64,000 nt of DNA. Origin: Methylotenera mobilis 13. GTDB lineage: Bacteria; Pseudomonadota; Gammaproteobacteria; Burkholderiales; Methylophilaceae. The translations under genes were made by a program, and so were the position numbers. Below are positions 30,277-40,241 of the stretch, piece after piece. Every line of letters starts with the position of its first letter. The first letter of the stretch is position 1. The DNA is taken from the NCBI RefSeq assembly GCF_000384255.1, contig NZ_KB913035.1:1784808-1848807 (forward strand). Direction: 5' to 3'. The notes under the pieces are model-generated. The model saw only the letters and a list, made by a program, of their open reading frames with translations, had not been told where the DNA came from and did not search any database.

Positions 30277-30600
30277 ATGACTTATGTCGTTACCGAAAAT
30301 TGTATTCAATGTAAATACACTGACTGCGTAGATGTTTGCCCTGTTGATTGTTTTGTAGAAGGTCCTAACTTCCTTGCAATTAATCCAGATGAATGTATTG
30401 ATTGCACATTATGCGTTGCAGAGTGCCCCGCTGAAGCAATTTTTGCCGAAGATGATGTCCCTGCAGACCAACAAGAATATATTGCATTAAATGCTAGACT
30501 TGCTCAATTGTGGCCGGTCATTACTTCTCGTAAAGAAGCACTTGAAGATGCTGATGCTATGAACGGCGTACCTGGCAAACGTGATTTATTGATTGAATAG
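30277..30600 (+). CDS. fdxA: 7Fe (3Fe-4S plus 4Fe-4S) FdxA-type ferredoxin.
   Basis: 107 aa with [17 protein letters not shown] and [12 protein letters not shown]. Confidence 0.85.
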   Translation: MTYVVTENCIQCKYTDCVDVCPVDCFVEGPNFLAINPDECIDCTLCVAECPAEAIFAEDDVPADQQEYIALNARLAQLWPVITSRKEALEDADAMNGVPGKRDLLIE

Positions 30601-30633
30601 TCTTAATAATCATTATAGGTATCAATCAATAAC

Positions 30634-30658
30634 AAAGGGGGCATGTGCCTCCTTTTGT
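30634..30658 (+). terminator. Rho-independent terminator after fdxA.
   Basis: aaagggggcatgtgcctcctttt hairpin followed by a T-run. Confidence 0.55.
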
Positions 30659-30726
30659 ATATTTACTAATTGTATATACACTAAGACATTTAATTATTTG
30701 TCTGTCAAACATACCAACTTGTTGTT

Positions 30727-31227
30727 ATGACTAAGCCGCTAAGATTTCTTCAACACTACTCTCCTACCCTGCAAGATAAAATCAGGCAATTACAGGCACA
30801 AGACTTGTTGGGCGACTATATTACACAGCGCTATCCCCAGTATCACAGTATTCAAACAGACAAAGCACTTTACCAATACAGTAACGAGATTAAACAAGCA
30901 TTCTTACGAAATGCTCCTGTGCTAGACAGAGTGCAATATGACAATAAATTAGGCATAGAGCATCATGCGCTCGGCCTGAACACTGCCATTTCACGTGTTC
31001 AAGGTGGAAAGCTTAAAGCAAAAAAAGAAATCCGAATTTCTTCATTCTTTAAAGAGTCACCTATTGAGTTCTTACGCATGATTGTAGTTCATGAGCTGGC
31101 TCATTTAAAAGAACGCGATCATGACAAAGCCTTCTATCAACTCTGCCAACACATGGAACCACATTATCATCAGCTAGAATTCGATTGCCGTGTTTATTTA
31201 ACTTGGAAAAGTGAAGCTAAGATTTAA
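30727..31227 (+). CDS. YgjP-like (DUF45) metal-dependent hydrolase.
   Basis: 166 aa with HELAHLKERDH (HExxH..E..H), the DUF45 signature. Confidence 0.7.
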   Translation: MTKPLRFLQHYSPTLQDKIRQLQAQDLLGDYITQRYPQYHSIQTDKALYQYSNEIKQAFLRNAPVLDRVQYDNKLGIEHHALGLNTAISRVQGGKLKAKKEIRISSFFKESPIEFLRMIVVHELAHLKERDHDKAFYQLCQHMEPHYHQLEFDCRVYLTWKSEAKI

Positions 31228-31267
31228 GCTCTAAAATTAATGATTCAACATTAGCTTCATCCTTTAA

Positions 31268-32734
31268 CTAGCTATCTTTCTTATCTCTGCTAGTAGTTGA
31301 AGTAACTTTATCTATAATTGCTTTACCAGTATCAGTTTGAACCAAACCTTCTAACATTGCACCAAGTTGCGTACCACCATTAGCACTAAATAAATCTGTC
31401 AGATTATTAAGCCCAGCGTTAACACTTGCGCCATTAGCAATTACTTTGACATTAGCTTTTTCTAACGCTTTAGCTTGCTCCACACCAACAGAACCCATCA
31501 CCTCTACTTGCTTAAGTGAAACTAAATATTTTTGGTAAGATTCATTATTACCAATTTTCTCGGCCAACGTAATTTCGGCTTCTACTGAGGCTAGTTGCAT
31601 CAATTTTTCAGCATTTGCTTTTGCAGCTCCCTCTGCATCAATACCTTTAGCTTCAAATGTTTTAGATTGGAAATTACCATCAGCGATCATCACCGTTGAA
31701 GCTTTCTCACCTTCGGCTTTAATGAGGGCTGATTGCTTTTGTGCCTCCGCATCAATCACCGTAGTTTGTTTTTTGGCTTCGGCATTAATTACAGTTGTTG
31801 CTTTCTCTTTCTCTGCTTCAACAATTTTGACTTGTTTATCAATTTCAGCCTGATTTACTTGAGCTACTTGAAGAATACTCATTTCTTTTTCTTTTGTGAT
31901 TTTTTGTTGTTCAGCAATCACTTGTGTCGCCTGTTCATTGGCAATACCAACTTCACGCTCTTTCTCGGCAGTTCTTAGCCCAACCTGCTGCAAGGCTTCT
32001 TGTTTCTTCACATCTGTTTCACGCTGCGCCTCGATCTCTGCAATCTGCGCCTTTTTGTTGTTCTGAGCGACCTCAGTACGACTTTCCATCTCAATTTGAG
32101 ATTTCTTTTTGTCCATAATATTTTTGATGACATGCGAGTCTCTAGCATCTCGAATATCCATCAGCTCAACACTCTTTACTGTACTAACACCCCAAGACCT
32201 TAAATTATCATCAACTTCCTTTGTAAATGCTTCACCAAATTTAGCACGGTCTTGCATAATTGATTCAATGCTATTTGTTGCCAAAATACTACGAATACAC
32301 CCCTGAAGAATTGCATTCAACTGGCTACGCATCTCACTAAATGATGAAACTCTTCTAGCCGCTATCTCACTATCACTAATACGAAAAAATGCTTTCACAT
32401 CAATAACAAATGGTAACCGTCCTTGGTCATAAGCTTCGTAATCAATAAGCTCTTCAGCAAATACAGACACTGGGTATTTTGATACCAACACACCAATCAC
32501 AGGGATCCATGAAGGAAATTCATAGTAAGTATTCCCATTTAAACCTTTAGCACTAATCTGGTCGCCATTTTCTTTGATATTACTTGATTCGATACCAACT
32601 CCATAAGAAATTGAGCGCTTACCTGATTGCACAATATGCACTTCATTAGTGGGTACCACGCGACGTAGTAAGACAATCCAAAAAGTGAACAATGCAACAA
32701 GAGCAACTAAAACAGAAACATAAATAACGTCCAT
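31268..32734 (-). CDS. SPFH/band-7 flotillin-like membrane protein (YqiK-like).
   Basis: 488 aa with an N-terminal TM, an SPFH domain, and a long EA/KQ-rich coiled-coil. Confidence 0.8.
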   Translation of the reverse strand: MDVIYVSVLVALVALFTFWIVLLRRVVPTNEVHIVQSGKRSISYGVGIESSNIKENGDQISAKGLNGNTYYEFPSWIPVIGVLVSKYPVSVFAEELIDYEAYDQGRLPFVIDVKAFFRISDSEIAARRVSSFSEMRSQLNAILQGCIRSILATNSIESIMQDRAKFGEAFTKEVDDNLRSWGVSTVKSVELMDIRDARDSHVIKNIMDKKKSQIEMESRTEVAQNNKKAQIAEIEAQRETDVKKQEALQQVGLRTAEKEREVGIANEQATQVIAEQQKITKEKEMSILQVAQVNQAEIDKQVKIVEAEKEKATTVINAEAKKQTTVIDAEAQKQSALIKAEGEKASTVMIADGNFQSKTFEAKGIDAEGAAKANAEKLMQLASVEAEITLAEKIGNNESYQKYLVSLKQVEVMGSVGVEQAKALEKANVKVIANGASVNAGLNNLTDLFSANGGTQLGAMLEGLVQTDTGKAIIDKVTSTTSRDKKDS

Positions 32735-32785
32735 AAATACCCCTTATTAATTTTTTTATTATTTACAGCCAATACAAATAACATT

Positions 32786-33967
32786 TCATTTGAGAATCTT
32801 ACTTCTCAATATCATAACCCAACTAATTATTAAATATACAGCCATAGCAATCGCCAAACCTGATGGCGCATACCAAACAAGTGGCACCACCAGACCTGCT
32901 GATACCGTAGATAACAACATTTGGATAAAAGCCTGTCCAGAAGCCGCCGTGCCACGAATTTTAGGGTGGCGGTCCAAAGCAGCTAATGAAAGTATCGGCA
33001 TTGCTAAAGCCATGCCAATATTAAACAGCGCGATTGGCACAATGTTGTAAATAATACTTGTAGGAAGATATACGCAAACGGCGATATTCAGCACGACCAT
33101 TGCTGACATCCATACATACGCAACTTTGATTACTTTTCTTTGTGTATATCGACCAGCTGCACGTTTCGCTAAGTAAGAGCCCAGCACCATGCCGCAAACC
33201 GTAGGCACAAACATGTAAGCAAACTGATGTTCTGTTAGACCTAAATGCTTAACTAAAAACACAGGGCTTGCCAACACATAGAGAAAGAATCCCGCAAAGT
33301 TTGCACCTAACGCAAACACCACATAATTAAACTCTTTATCACTAAAAATCATGCGGTAGTCTTTGATGACCTGCTTTGCTGACAGCGGTAAACGCTTTTC
33401 TTTGGGCATAGTTTCAGGTAAGTACTTCACTGCTGCCCATAAGCTTAATGCTGCGTATAGGGCTAAAAAGATGAATATCGCTTGCCAATGAATACCAAGG
33501 AGTAAACCGCCTATAATAGGTGCAACTGCTGGCGCAATGCCAAACAACATTTGCACGGTTGCCATCACTCGTTGCGCTTGCGGACCTTCAAACAGGTCAC
33601 GTACCATTGCACGTGCTACAACGTTTCCAGCGCCCCCGGATAGGCCCTGTAAAACACGAAAGAACCATAATGTTTCTACATTAGGTGCGAATGCACAGCC
33701 GATTGATGCCAATACAAAAACACTTAAGCCCCACTTAATGGTGGTGATACGTCCAATTGAGTCAGATATCGCACCATGCCAAAGTGTCATGAGGGCATAA
33801 GGTAATAAATAAAATGTAAGGCTTTGTTGAAGCTCTAATGAAGTGCCGTGTAGGTCACGCTCTAGTGACGGGAATGCTGGCAAGTATGTATCAATTGCAA
33901 ATGGTGCAAGTGCTGCTAGACCTGCAAGTACAATGGACAATACCAATGGAGATGATGGATGCTTCAA
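32786..33967 (-). CDS. MFS transporter, Bcr/CflA drug-efflux subfamily.
   Basis: 393 aa with 12 TM helices and a Bcr-like N-terminus (..LAPFAIDTYLPAF). The track start is TTG. Confidence 0.8.
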   Translation of the reverse strand: MKHPSSPLVLSIVLAGLAALAPFAIDTYLPAFPSLERDLHGTSLELQQSLTFYLLPYALMTLWHGAISDSIGRITTIKWGLSVFVLASIGCAFAPNVETLWFFRVLQGLSGGAGNVVARAMVRDLFEGPQAQRVMATVQMLFGIAPAVAPIIGGLLLGIHWQAIFIFLALYAALSLWAAVKYLPETMPKEKRLPLSAKQVIKDYRMIFSDKEFNYVVFALGANFAGFFLYVLASPVFLVKHLGLTEHQFAYMFVPTVCGMVLGSYLAKRAAGRYTQRKVIKVAYVWMSAMVVLNIAVCVYLPTSIIYNIVPIALFNIGMALAMPILSLAALDRHPKIRGTAASGQAFIQMLLSTVSAGLVVPLVWYAPSGLAIAMAVYLIISWVMILRSKILK

Positions 33968-33994
33968 ATGAAAACTTTCATAAATGTACTACCC

Positions 33995-34034
33995 GCAATA
34001 AAAAGCGCGCTACTGATGATCACAGTAGCGCGCT
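33995..34034 (-). terminator. Strong rho-independent terminator downstream of pqqE.
   Basis: Perfect 12-bp stem agcgcgctactg / cagtagcgcgct with a 7-nt loop, followed by TTTTTATT on the minus strand. Confidence 0.75.
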
Positions 34035-34121
34035 AGATTAAATCACAATAACGCTATTAATGCATCTTTGAAAGATACAAAGCCAATCAAATATAAGACC
34101 AGCTAGTTGTCTGAATAGAAT

Positions 34122-35357
34122 TTATGGCAGCGCATGAAATTCATCTACACGATCTTTAAGCTCACCAGCGATAATTTTCTTAGAATTCTTATCATTTCTA
34201 AATACGATAGGCTGTGCAGCAATAGTCGGGTTTCTTGAATCTAATATCGCCTGCTCTATCAAATGATGATGCGGTGACTTACTGCAAACTGGGTCAGCCG
34301 CTTCAGCATCGCCAGTGAGCAAAAATGTCTGGCAACGGCAACCACCTAAATCATTTTCTTTTTCACTACATGTGCGGCATGGCTCTTTCATCCAACTATC
34401 ACCACGATATTTGTTAAATGCTGGAGAGTCTTTCCAGCTCCAACCTAAATCTGTATCTTTCACGTTTGGGAACTGCATATTAGGTAATACGCGTGCTGAA
34501 TGACAAGGCAATACATCACCATTAGCTGTCACAATCATGAACACCTCACCCCAACCGTTCATACATTTTTTAGGACGATCTGAGAAGTAATCTGGCACTA
34601 CAAAGAAAATCTTCATTTTACTGCCAGACTTTTCTCTGAATTCGTTAGTAATTCGCTCCGCTTCATCTACCTGCTCTTTGGTAGGCATTAATTGGCTGCG
34701 ATTTACTAAAGACCAGCCGTAGTATTGCGTGTTAGCAAGCTCAATGTACTCTGCACCAAGTGCATCGGCCATCTCTAAAATTTCTTTCATATGGCCAATG
34801 TTATAGCGATGAATCACAACATTGAGCACCATTGGATAGCCATGACCTTTAATCATGGCGGCAACTTTTTTCTTGAGCTCAAAAGTTTTGGTATTGGTAA
34901 TGAAGTTGTTAATTTCCTCAGTAATGTCATGCATCGATAACTGAATATGGTCTAAACCACCATCTTTGAACGCCTGAATGCGTTTTTCTGTTAAACCAAC
35001 ACCCGAGGTAATTAAATTACTGTAATAACCTAGCTTTTTAGCTTCAACAACAATATCTTCAATATCATCACGCAACAGTGGCTCACCACCAGAAATACCC
35101 AACTGAATAGCGCCTAATTTACGTGCATCACGAAGCGCTTGTATCCACTGCTCAGTTGTTAATTCATTTTGCGTATGTTTGTCATAGTCTGTAGGGTTAT
35201 AGCAAAATGCACAATGCAATGGGCAGCGATATGTTACCTCTGCTAACAACCATAAAGGCTGTGTCTGTGTCACATTGGCTGCAACACCATTATTTTGTGC
35301 TTGAGTGGCATGGATGGTCTTTTGAACCACTGACTCACCTAAGGATGCTTGTGTCAT
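34122..35357 (-). CDS. pqqE: PQQ biosynthesis radical-SAM protein PqqE.
   Basis: CPLHCAFCYNP radical-SAM motif plus a SPASM-type C-terminus. Confidence 0.9.
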   Translation of the reverse strand: MTQASLGESVVQKTIHATQAQNNGVAANVTQTQPLWLLAEVTYRCPLHCAFCYNPTDYDKHTQNELTTEQWIQALRDARKLGAIQLGISGGEPLLRDDIEDIVVEAKKLGYYSNLITSGVGLTEKRIQAFKDGGLDHIQLSMHDITEEINNFITNTKTFELKKKVAAMIKGHGYPMVLNVVIHRYNIGHMKEILEMADALGAEYIELANTQYYGWSLVNRSQLMPTKEQVDEAERITNEFREKSGSKMKIFFVVPDYFSDRPKKCMNGWGEVFMIVTANGDVLPCHSARVLPNMQFPNVKDTDLGWSWKDSPAFNKYRGDSWMKEPCRTCSEKENDLGGCRCQTFLLTGDAEAADPVCSKSPHHHLIEQAILDSRNPTIAAQPIVFRNDKNSKKIIAGELKDRVDEFHALP

Positions 35358-35377
35358 TTTGCTACTCCTAAATTAAA

Positions 35378-35662
35378 CTAAACTTTACGTATCCAAGCTT
35401 TGCTTAGTGCAAGCTCATACATACCAATAATATCTTTTTCGATGTTTTCAGCATCTGGAAATGTGACTTTTAAATCTGCGACCACATCGCTTACTGTCGC
35501 TTTACCATCTAAACGTTTAATCACCTCTCCAGCACCACCATGTAGTTTGACCATGCCTTCTGGAAAAAGTATCACATAGCTACTCTGCGCCTCTTCCCAC
35601 TGAAAACGGTGGTGAGGTGCAAGTGTATAAATGTCTTCATTTTGTATCTGATTATCCATCAT
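35378..35662 (-). CDS. pqqD: PQQ biosynthesis peptide chaperone PqqD.
   Basis: 94 aa, in the operon position between pqqC and pqqE. Confidence 0.85.
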   Translation of the reverse strand: MMDNQIQNEDIYTLAPHHRFQWEEAQSSYVILFPEGMVKLHGGAGEVIKRLDGKATVSDVVADLKVTFPDAENIEKDIIGMYELALSKAWIRKV

Positions 35663-35670
35663 CTGCTTTC

Positions 35671-36435
35671 TTAACTTACATTCATCACTGGTTGACGCAG
35701 ATAATCGCGATCTTCAACCTTAATGTCTGCTGATTGCAACATAATCGCATCCGCCATTACCCACAAGACATCTAGTTTAAATTGTAATATATCCAGTGCT
35801 CGCATCTGCATTTCACGAGTTTGGCTAAAATAGTCTAATGTGACTTCTAAACCCTGCTCTACGTCACGACGTGCTTGAGTCAATCTATTTTTAAAATATT
35901 GCATGCCTTCTGCATTAATCCACGGGTACATCTCAGGCCATGAGTCTATACGTTGTTGGTGAATATGCGGTGCAAATAGCTCAGTTAAACTTGAGCAAAC
36001 AGACTCTTGCCATGGGCGTTGTTTTGCAAAGTTGATGTAGGCATCTACTGCGAACTTAGTACCAGGTGCAACAAGTTTCAATGAAGTCACCTCTTCGCGA
36101 CTTAATCCTACTGCTGCACCTAAGTGAATCCAAGCCTCGATACCGCCTTCACCACCCTCTGCAATTTGGCCGCTACCATCATGATCGAAAATACGTTGAA
36201 TCCAACCACGGCGCAATTCACGATCTGGGCAGTTTGATAAAATTGCTGCGTCTTTCATTGGAATCGCAATTTGGTAGTAATAGCGATTAGCCACCCATGC
36301 CTGCATTTGTTGCTGCGTAAGTTTACCCTCATACATCAACACGTGAATTGGATGATAGATATGATAGCCTTTACCTTTTTCACGTAATTTAGCTTCAAAC
36401 TCTTCTTTAGACCAGGGTGCCAATTTTTCAGCCAT
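35671..36435 (-). CDS. pqqC: Pyrroloquinoline-quinone synthase PqqC.
   Basis: Segments [13 protein letters not shown] and [10 protein letters not shown] align with Klebsiella PqqC. Start trimmed to the ATG with GGAG 7 nt upstream. Confidence 0.9.
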   Translation of the reverse strand: MAEKLAPWSKEEFEAKLREKGKGYHIYHPIHVLMYEGKLTQQQMQAWVANRYYYQIAIPMKDAAILSNCPDRELRRGWIQRIFDHDGSGQIAEGGEGGIEAWIHLGAAVGLSREEVTSLKLVAPGTKFAVDAYINFAKQRPWQESVCSSLTELFAPHIHQQRIDSWPEMYPWINAEGMQYFKNRLTQARRDVEQGLEVTLDYFSQTREMQMRALDILQFKLDVLWVMADAIMLQSADIKVEDRDYLRQPVMNVS

Positions 36436-36560
36436 TTTTTTCTCCAAATATTTAAAGTGATTAAACCAGTAGAGATACTTTTATTTTAAGTTTCTATCTT
36501 CAAAGGTTACTGTCAATAGCATTTACTTAATAGATAAAAGCATCTAAGCACTTTGTATTC

Positions 36561-37478
36561 TTACAAAATAATATCCATGCCATCATAAGCCACTTCAATT
36601 TTGTGTTCATTCAATACAGCGCGCTCGGCGGAATCTTCACGCAAAATTGGGTTAGTGTTGTTGATATGAATCAACACTTTTCTTACATCACCAAATTTAT
36701 CTAGTTCTTCAATCATGCCATTAGGACCAGATTGTGGATTATGACCAATGCTACGTGCAGTTTTAGTCATTAAACCCAAATCCAACATCTCCGTATCAGT
36801 CCAGAACGTACCATCGACCATAATGCAATCTGCTTGATTCATTAATGCTGGTAAATGTGGCTCAATTTCTGCCAAACCAGGTGAGTACCAACATTTTTTA
36901 CCTGAACTAATCTCTTCAATCAAAACACCAATCGTGTCCCCTGGATGCGGGTCATTGCGGTGAGGTGAATAAGGTGGTGCGGCGCTCTTCAGCGCAACTG
37001 CTGTAAATTTTAAGTTAGGTACATTCGGCATGGTAAAACTGGTTTTACCATCAATCGGGATATTGTGATGATTAATGCCACAGTAATGGCCAAGAATATT
37101 TAAAATCTGATTACCAGAAGTTAAATCACCATACACCATGTCTGTACAGTAAATCTCACGCTTAACAGAGCCCTCACGCAACATAAACAGACCTGTAGTG
37201 TGATCAATTTGTGCATCAATCAACACAATCGCTTGAATACCAGAATCCCTCACGGCACGGCCTGGTTGCAATGGTGCAAAGTCTTGGATTTGTTGCAACA
37301 CATCAGGTGAGGCATTAAACAGGACCCAGTTCACCCCGTCTCCACTGACGCAAATTGATGACTGTGTGCGCTTAGTCGCCTTAATTGTGCCTTTACGTAA
37401 ACCGTCACAATTAAAGCAATTACAATTCCACTGTGGAAAACCACCCCCAGCACCAGCCCCTAATACATGTATATGCAT
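36561..37478 (-). CDS. pqqB: PQQ biosynthesis protein PqqB (MBL-fold).
   Basis: 305 aa. Starts MHIHVLGAGAGGGFPQWNCNC and contains HxHxD-type motifs. Confidence 0.9.
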   Translation of the reverse strand: MHIHVLGAGAGGGFPQWNCNCFNCDGLRKGTIKATKRTQSSICVSGDGVNWVLFNASPDVLQQIQDFAPLQPGRAVRDSGIQAIVLIDAQIDHTTGLFMLREGSVKREIYCTDMVYGDLTSGNQILNILGHYCGINHHNIPIDGKTSFTMPNVPNLKFTAVALKSAAPPYSPHRNDPHPGDTIGVLIEEISSGKKCWYSPGLAEIEPHLPALMNQADCIMVDGTFWTDTEMLDLGLMTKTARSIGHNPQSGPNGMIEELDKFGDVRKVLIHINNTNPILREDSAERAVLNEHKIEVAYDGMDIIL

Positions 37479-37591
37479 GAATATCTACATTTCTATTTAA
37501 ATTAAATTTCAATCATTAAAAAATGTGCTTTATAAAAACACCACAATTTTTTTGTAAAAAAATGATGACATTGCTTTCAACAATCATTCTT

Positions 37592-37630
37592 TTACAAAAA
37601 AAGGCTGTCTCTCGGCAGCCTTTTTTTAAT
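37592..37630 (-). promoter_or_regulatory. pqqA-pqqB intergenic hairpin (attenuator/partial terminator).
   Basis: A7-GGCTG-loop-CAGCC-T7 palindrome lying between the pqqA stop and the pqqB start. Confidence 0.6.
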
Positions 37631-37647
37631 AATACGTAAACAACTAA

Positions 37648-37719
37648 TTATTTGTTCATTACGTACATTGTTACTTCAAAGCCAAAACGCATTTCTGTCG
37701 CTGCTGGTGTTGTCCACAT
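37648..37719 (-). CDS. pqqA: PQQ precursor peptide PqqA (23 aa).
   Basis: Hand-translated MWTTPAATEMRFGFEVTMYVMNK with the conserved E-x3-Y cross-linking motif. AAGGA lies 8 nt upstream of the ATG. Too short for the ORF track. Confidence 0.85.
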   Translation of the reverse strand: MWTTPAATEMRFGFEVTMYVMNK

Positions 37720-37868
37720 GATCAATTTCCTTTTTTAAATTTAGTTGATATCGCTACTCGCTTTGTGCTGTAACGTGAGATGCATTCTGCGCCCTTAATC
37801 AGATGCGTAACACTGCAAACTTACCCAATATCTACTAAGTAAATTCATGATGCGAGGGCTTGAAAGCA

Positions 37869-38963
37869 TTATCCCTTGATTATTCCAGCTAACACTTCTA
37901 GAAATTTTGCATTTTCAGAAAACAAACCAATACTCACCCTAAGATACTCAGGCATTTCATAGTTAGCAACTGGTCTGACGATGACACCCTGCTGTAGCAA
38001 CTTCTGATTAATGCCTGCAGCATCCCCCACTTTGACGCTAATGAAGTTTGCAAATGATGGGATGTAAGTCAAACCCAATTGATCAAACCCGTGTTTTAAC
38101 TGAGCCATACCAGCTTGGTTTAAGGCGTAGCTACGCGCCACAAAGTCATCATCCGCTAATGAAGCAACGGCTGCCGCTTGCGCAACACTATTGACATTAA
38201 AAGGCTGGCGCACACGATTCATCATATCTGCCACTTGAGCATGACATAAACCAAAACCAATGCGTAAACCAGCTAAACCATATGCTTTTGAGAAAGTACG
38301 CGAAATCACCAGATTTTCAAATTCTTTTAGCCAGCCGATTGCTTCAGATTTATATTCTGCTGACAAATATTCGTCATATGCTTCATCTAGTACGACTAAC
38401 ACATGTTGTGGCACTTGCTTTAAGAGTCTATATAAAGCTGCCTTTCCTAATAATGTACCTGTCGGGTTATTCGGATTAGCAATGAAAATCAAGCGGGTTT
38501 TATCAGTCACTGCTGCTAGCATTGCAGATAAATCATGACCGAAATCTTTCGCTGGTACGACAACACCCTTTGCACCCATCGCTTGTGTCACCAATGGGTA
38601 AACCGCAAAAGCATGTTGTGAGTAAATAGTCTCACTATCGCTACTTAAATAAGCACGCGCAACCAGCTCTAAAATATCGTTTGATCCATTACCAAACACA
38701 ATCTGGTCATGTGCAACGCCGAACTTATTGCTCACAGCTTCCCGTAAAGCAAAACTATTACCATCTGGATACCTTGCAATATCGAGAATTGCCTCTTGAA
38801 TCGCGTAATCCGCCTTAGGACTAATACCTAATGGATTCTCATTCGAAGCAAGTTTAACAATCTCTTCAACTTTTAGATTCATTTCCCGTGCGAGCTCTGT
38901 AATCGGTTTTCCACCTTGATATGGTGCAATTTTTTGAATATGTTGAGGTGCTTGGATGGTCAT
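37869..38963 (-). CDS. hisC: Histidinol-phosphate aminotransferase.
   Basis: 364 aa with class-II aminotransferase motifs (ASNENPLG.., SRTFSKAYGLAGLRIG). Confidence 0.9.
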   Translation of the reverse strand: MTIQAPQHIQKIAPYQGGKPITELAREMNLKVEEIVKLASNENPLGISPKADYAIQEAILDIARYPDGNSFALREAVSNKFGVAHDQIVFGNGSNDILELVARAYLSSDSETIYSQHAFAVYPLVTQAMGAKGVVVPAKDFGHDLSAMLAAVTDKTRLIFIANPNNPTGTLLGKAALYRLLKQVPQHVLVVLDEAYDEYLSAEYKSEAIGWLKEFENLVISRTFSKAYGLAGLRIGFGLCHAQVADMMNRVRQPFNVNSVAQAAAVASLADDDFVARSYALNQAGMAQLKHGFDQLGLTYIPSFANFISVKVGDAAGINQKLLQQGVIVRPVANYEMPEYLRVSIGLFSENAKFLEVLAGIIKG

Positions 38964-39142
38964 AATATGATGTTATTTAGAAAATTAAGAAGATAAGAAA
39001 GATAAATTCGTAAAAAAGTTGCATTGGTGGCACATACAACTAGCATGCTAGTAATTGCTAATTTATTAAATTACTCACCATTTTTATCGTTTATGGAACA
39101 CAAAAACAAATCAATTTAAATGGCATGAAACTACTGATAACG

Positions 39143-40240
39143 CTAAATAACAGCGAGAGGATAAGATCCTAAAAGTTTAAGATAAGACGCTCTAGATGTA
39201 ATTTCATTGATTGCAGAACCAACGTTTGCATCTTGCACATGCCCTTCTATATCGACATAAAACACATATTCCCACATACCACCTTTTGCCGGCCTTGACT
39301 CCAGCTTAGTCATACTGACATTATGCTTAGCTAAAGGCTCTAGCAAACCTAGAATTGCACCAGGTTGATTCTTGGTCGCAGTCACAAAAGAAGTTTTATC
39401 CTCACCAGATGGCGCAACATCATGCGCAGATAACACTAGAAAGCGCGTGGTGTTTTTAGGATCATCTTCGATATTTTCAGCAAGAATATTCAAGTTAAAT
39501 AGCTCAGCTGCACGCTTACTTGCAATTGCCGCAGCGAAAGTACCATCAGCAACAATCAAGTCATGAATCATTTGTGCAGCACGCGCGTTACTTGTCACTG
39601 GTTCACGCTCTGCCTTGGGCAACATTTTATTCAGCCACTCGTGGCACTGAGCTAAAGACTGTGAGTGTGAAAATACGTGCGATATTTGATGTATATCAGT
39701 CTGTTTCGACAGCAAACAATGGTGAATTGGTATTGTGACTTCACCACATATTTTAAGCGGGCTAGTTAATAGCAAGTCTAAGGTTAAACCCACAGCGCCC
39801 TCATTTGAGTTTTCTACTGGCACGACACCGTAATCAGCTTGCCCAGATTCAACGGTGCGAAAAACCTCATCAATGGAGCCACAGACAACTGCATGCTTAC
39901 CTTCGCCAAATTGCTTCAGCGCAGCCTCTTCACTATAAGTCCCAAGTGGACCCAAAAAGGCAACTGTCATTTCTTTTTCTAATGCACGACAATTAGACAT
40001 AATGCTGCGGAATATATTGGTCACAGCCTCAGCGGGCAACGGCCCAGGATTTAACGCTGTTAGCCGCCTCAAGACTTGTGCCTCACGTTCAGGGCGATAA
40101 ATCACACCATCATCTTTAAGCTCACCGATATGGCGTGCATGGCTCGCTCGCTCATTGGCAAGTTTAAGGATTTTTTCATCAATCGCATCAATTTGATCAC
40201 GATGCTGCTTTAATAGGTTAGATAGTTGTTCTTTGGACAT
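39143..40240 (-). CDS. pheA: Bifunctional chorismate mutase / prephenate dehydratase (P-protein).
   Basis: CM domain, PDT domain and ACT domain all present. Start trimmed to the ATG 1 nt after the serC stop (MSKEQLSNL..). Confidence 0.9.
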   Translation of the reverse strand: MSKEQLSNLLKQHRDQIDAIDEKILKLANERASHARHIGELKDDGVIYRPEREAQVLRRLTALNPGPLPAEAVTNIFRSIMSNCRALEKEMTVAFLGPLGTYSEEAALKQFGEGKHAVVCGSIDEVFRTVESGQADYGVVPVENSNEGAVGLTLDLLLTSPLKICGEVTIPIHHCLLSKQTDIHQISHVFSHSQSLAQCHEWLNKMLPKAEREPVTSNARAAQMIHDLIVADGTFAAAIASKRAAELFNLNILAENIEDDPKNTTRFLVLSAHDVAPSGEDKTSFVTATKNQPGAILGLLEPLAKHNVSMTKLESRPAKGGMWEYVFYVDIEGHVQDANVGSAINEITSRASYLKLLGSYPLAVI

Positions 40241-40241
40241 A

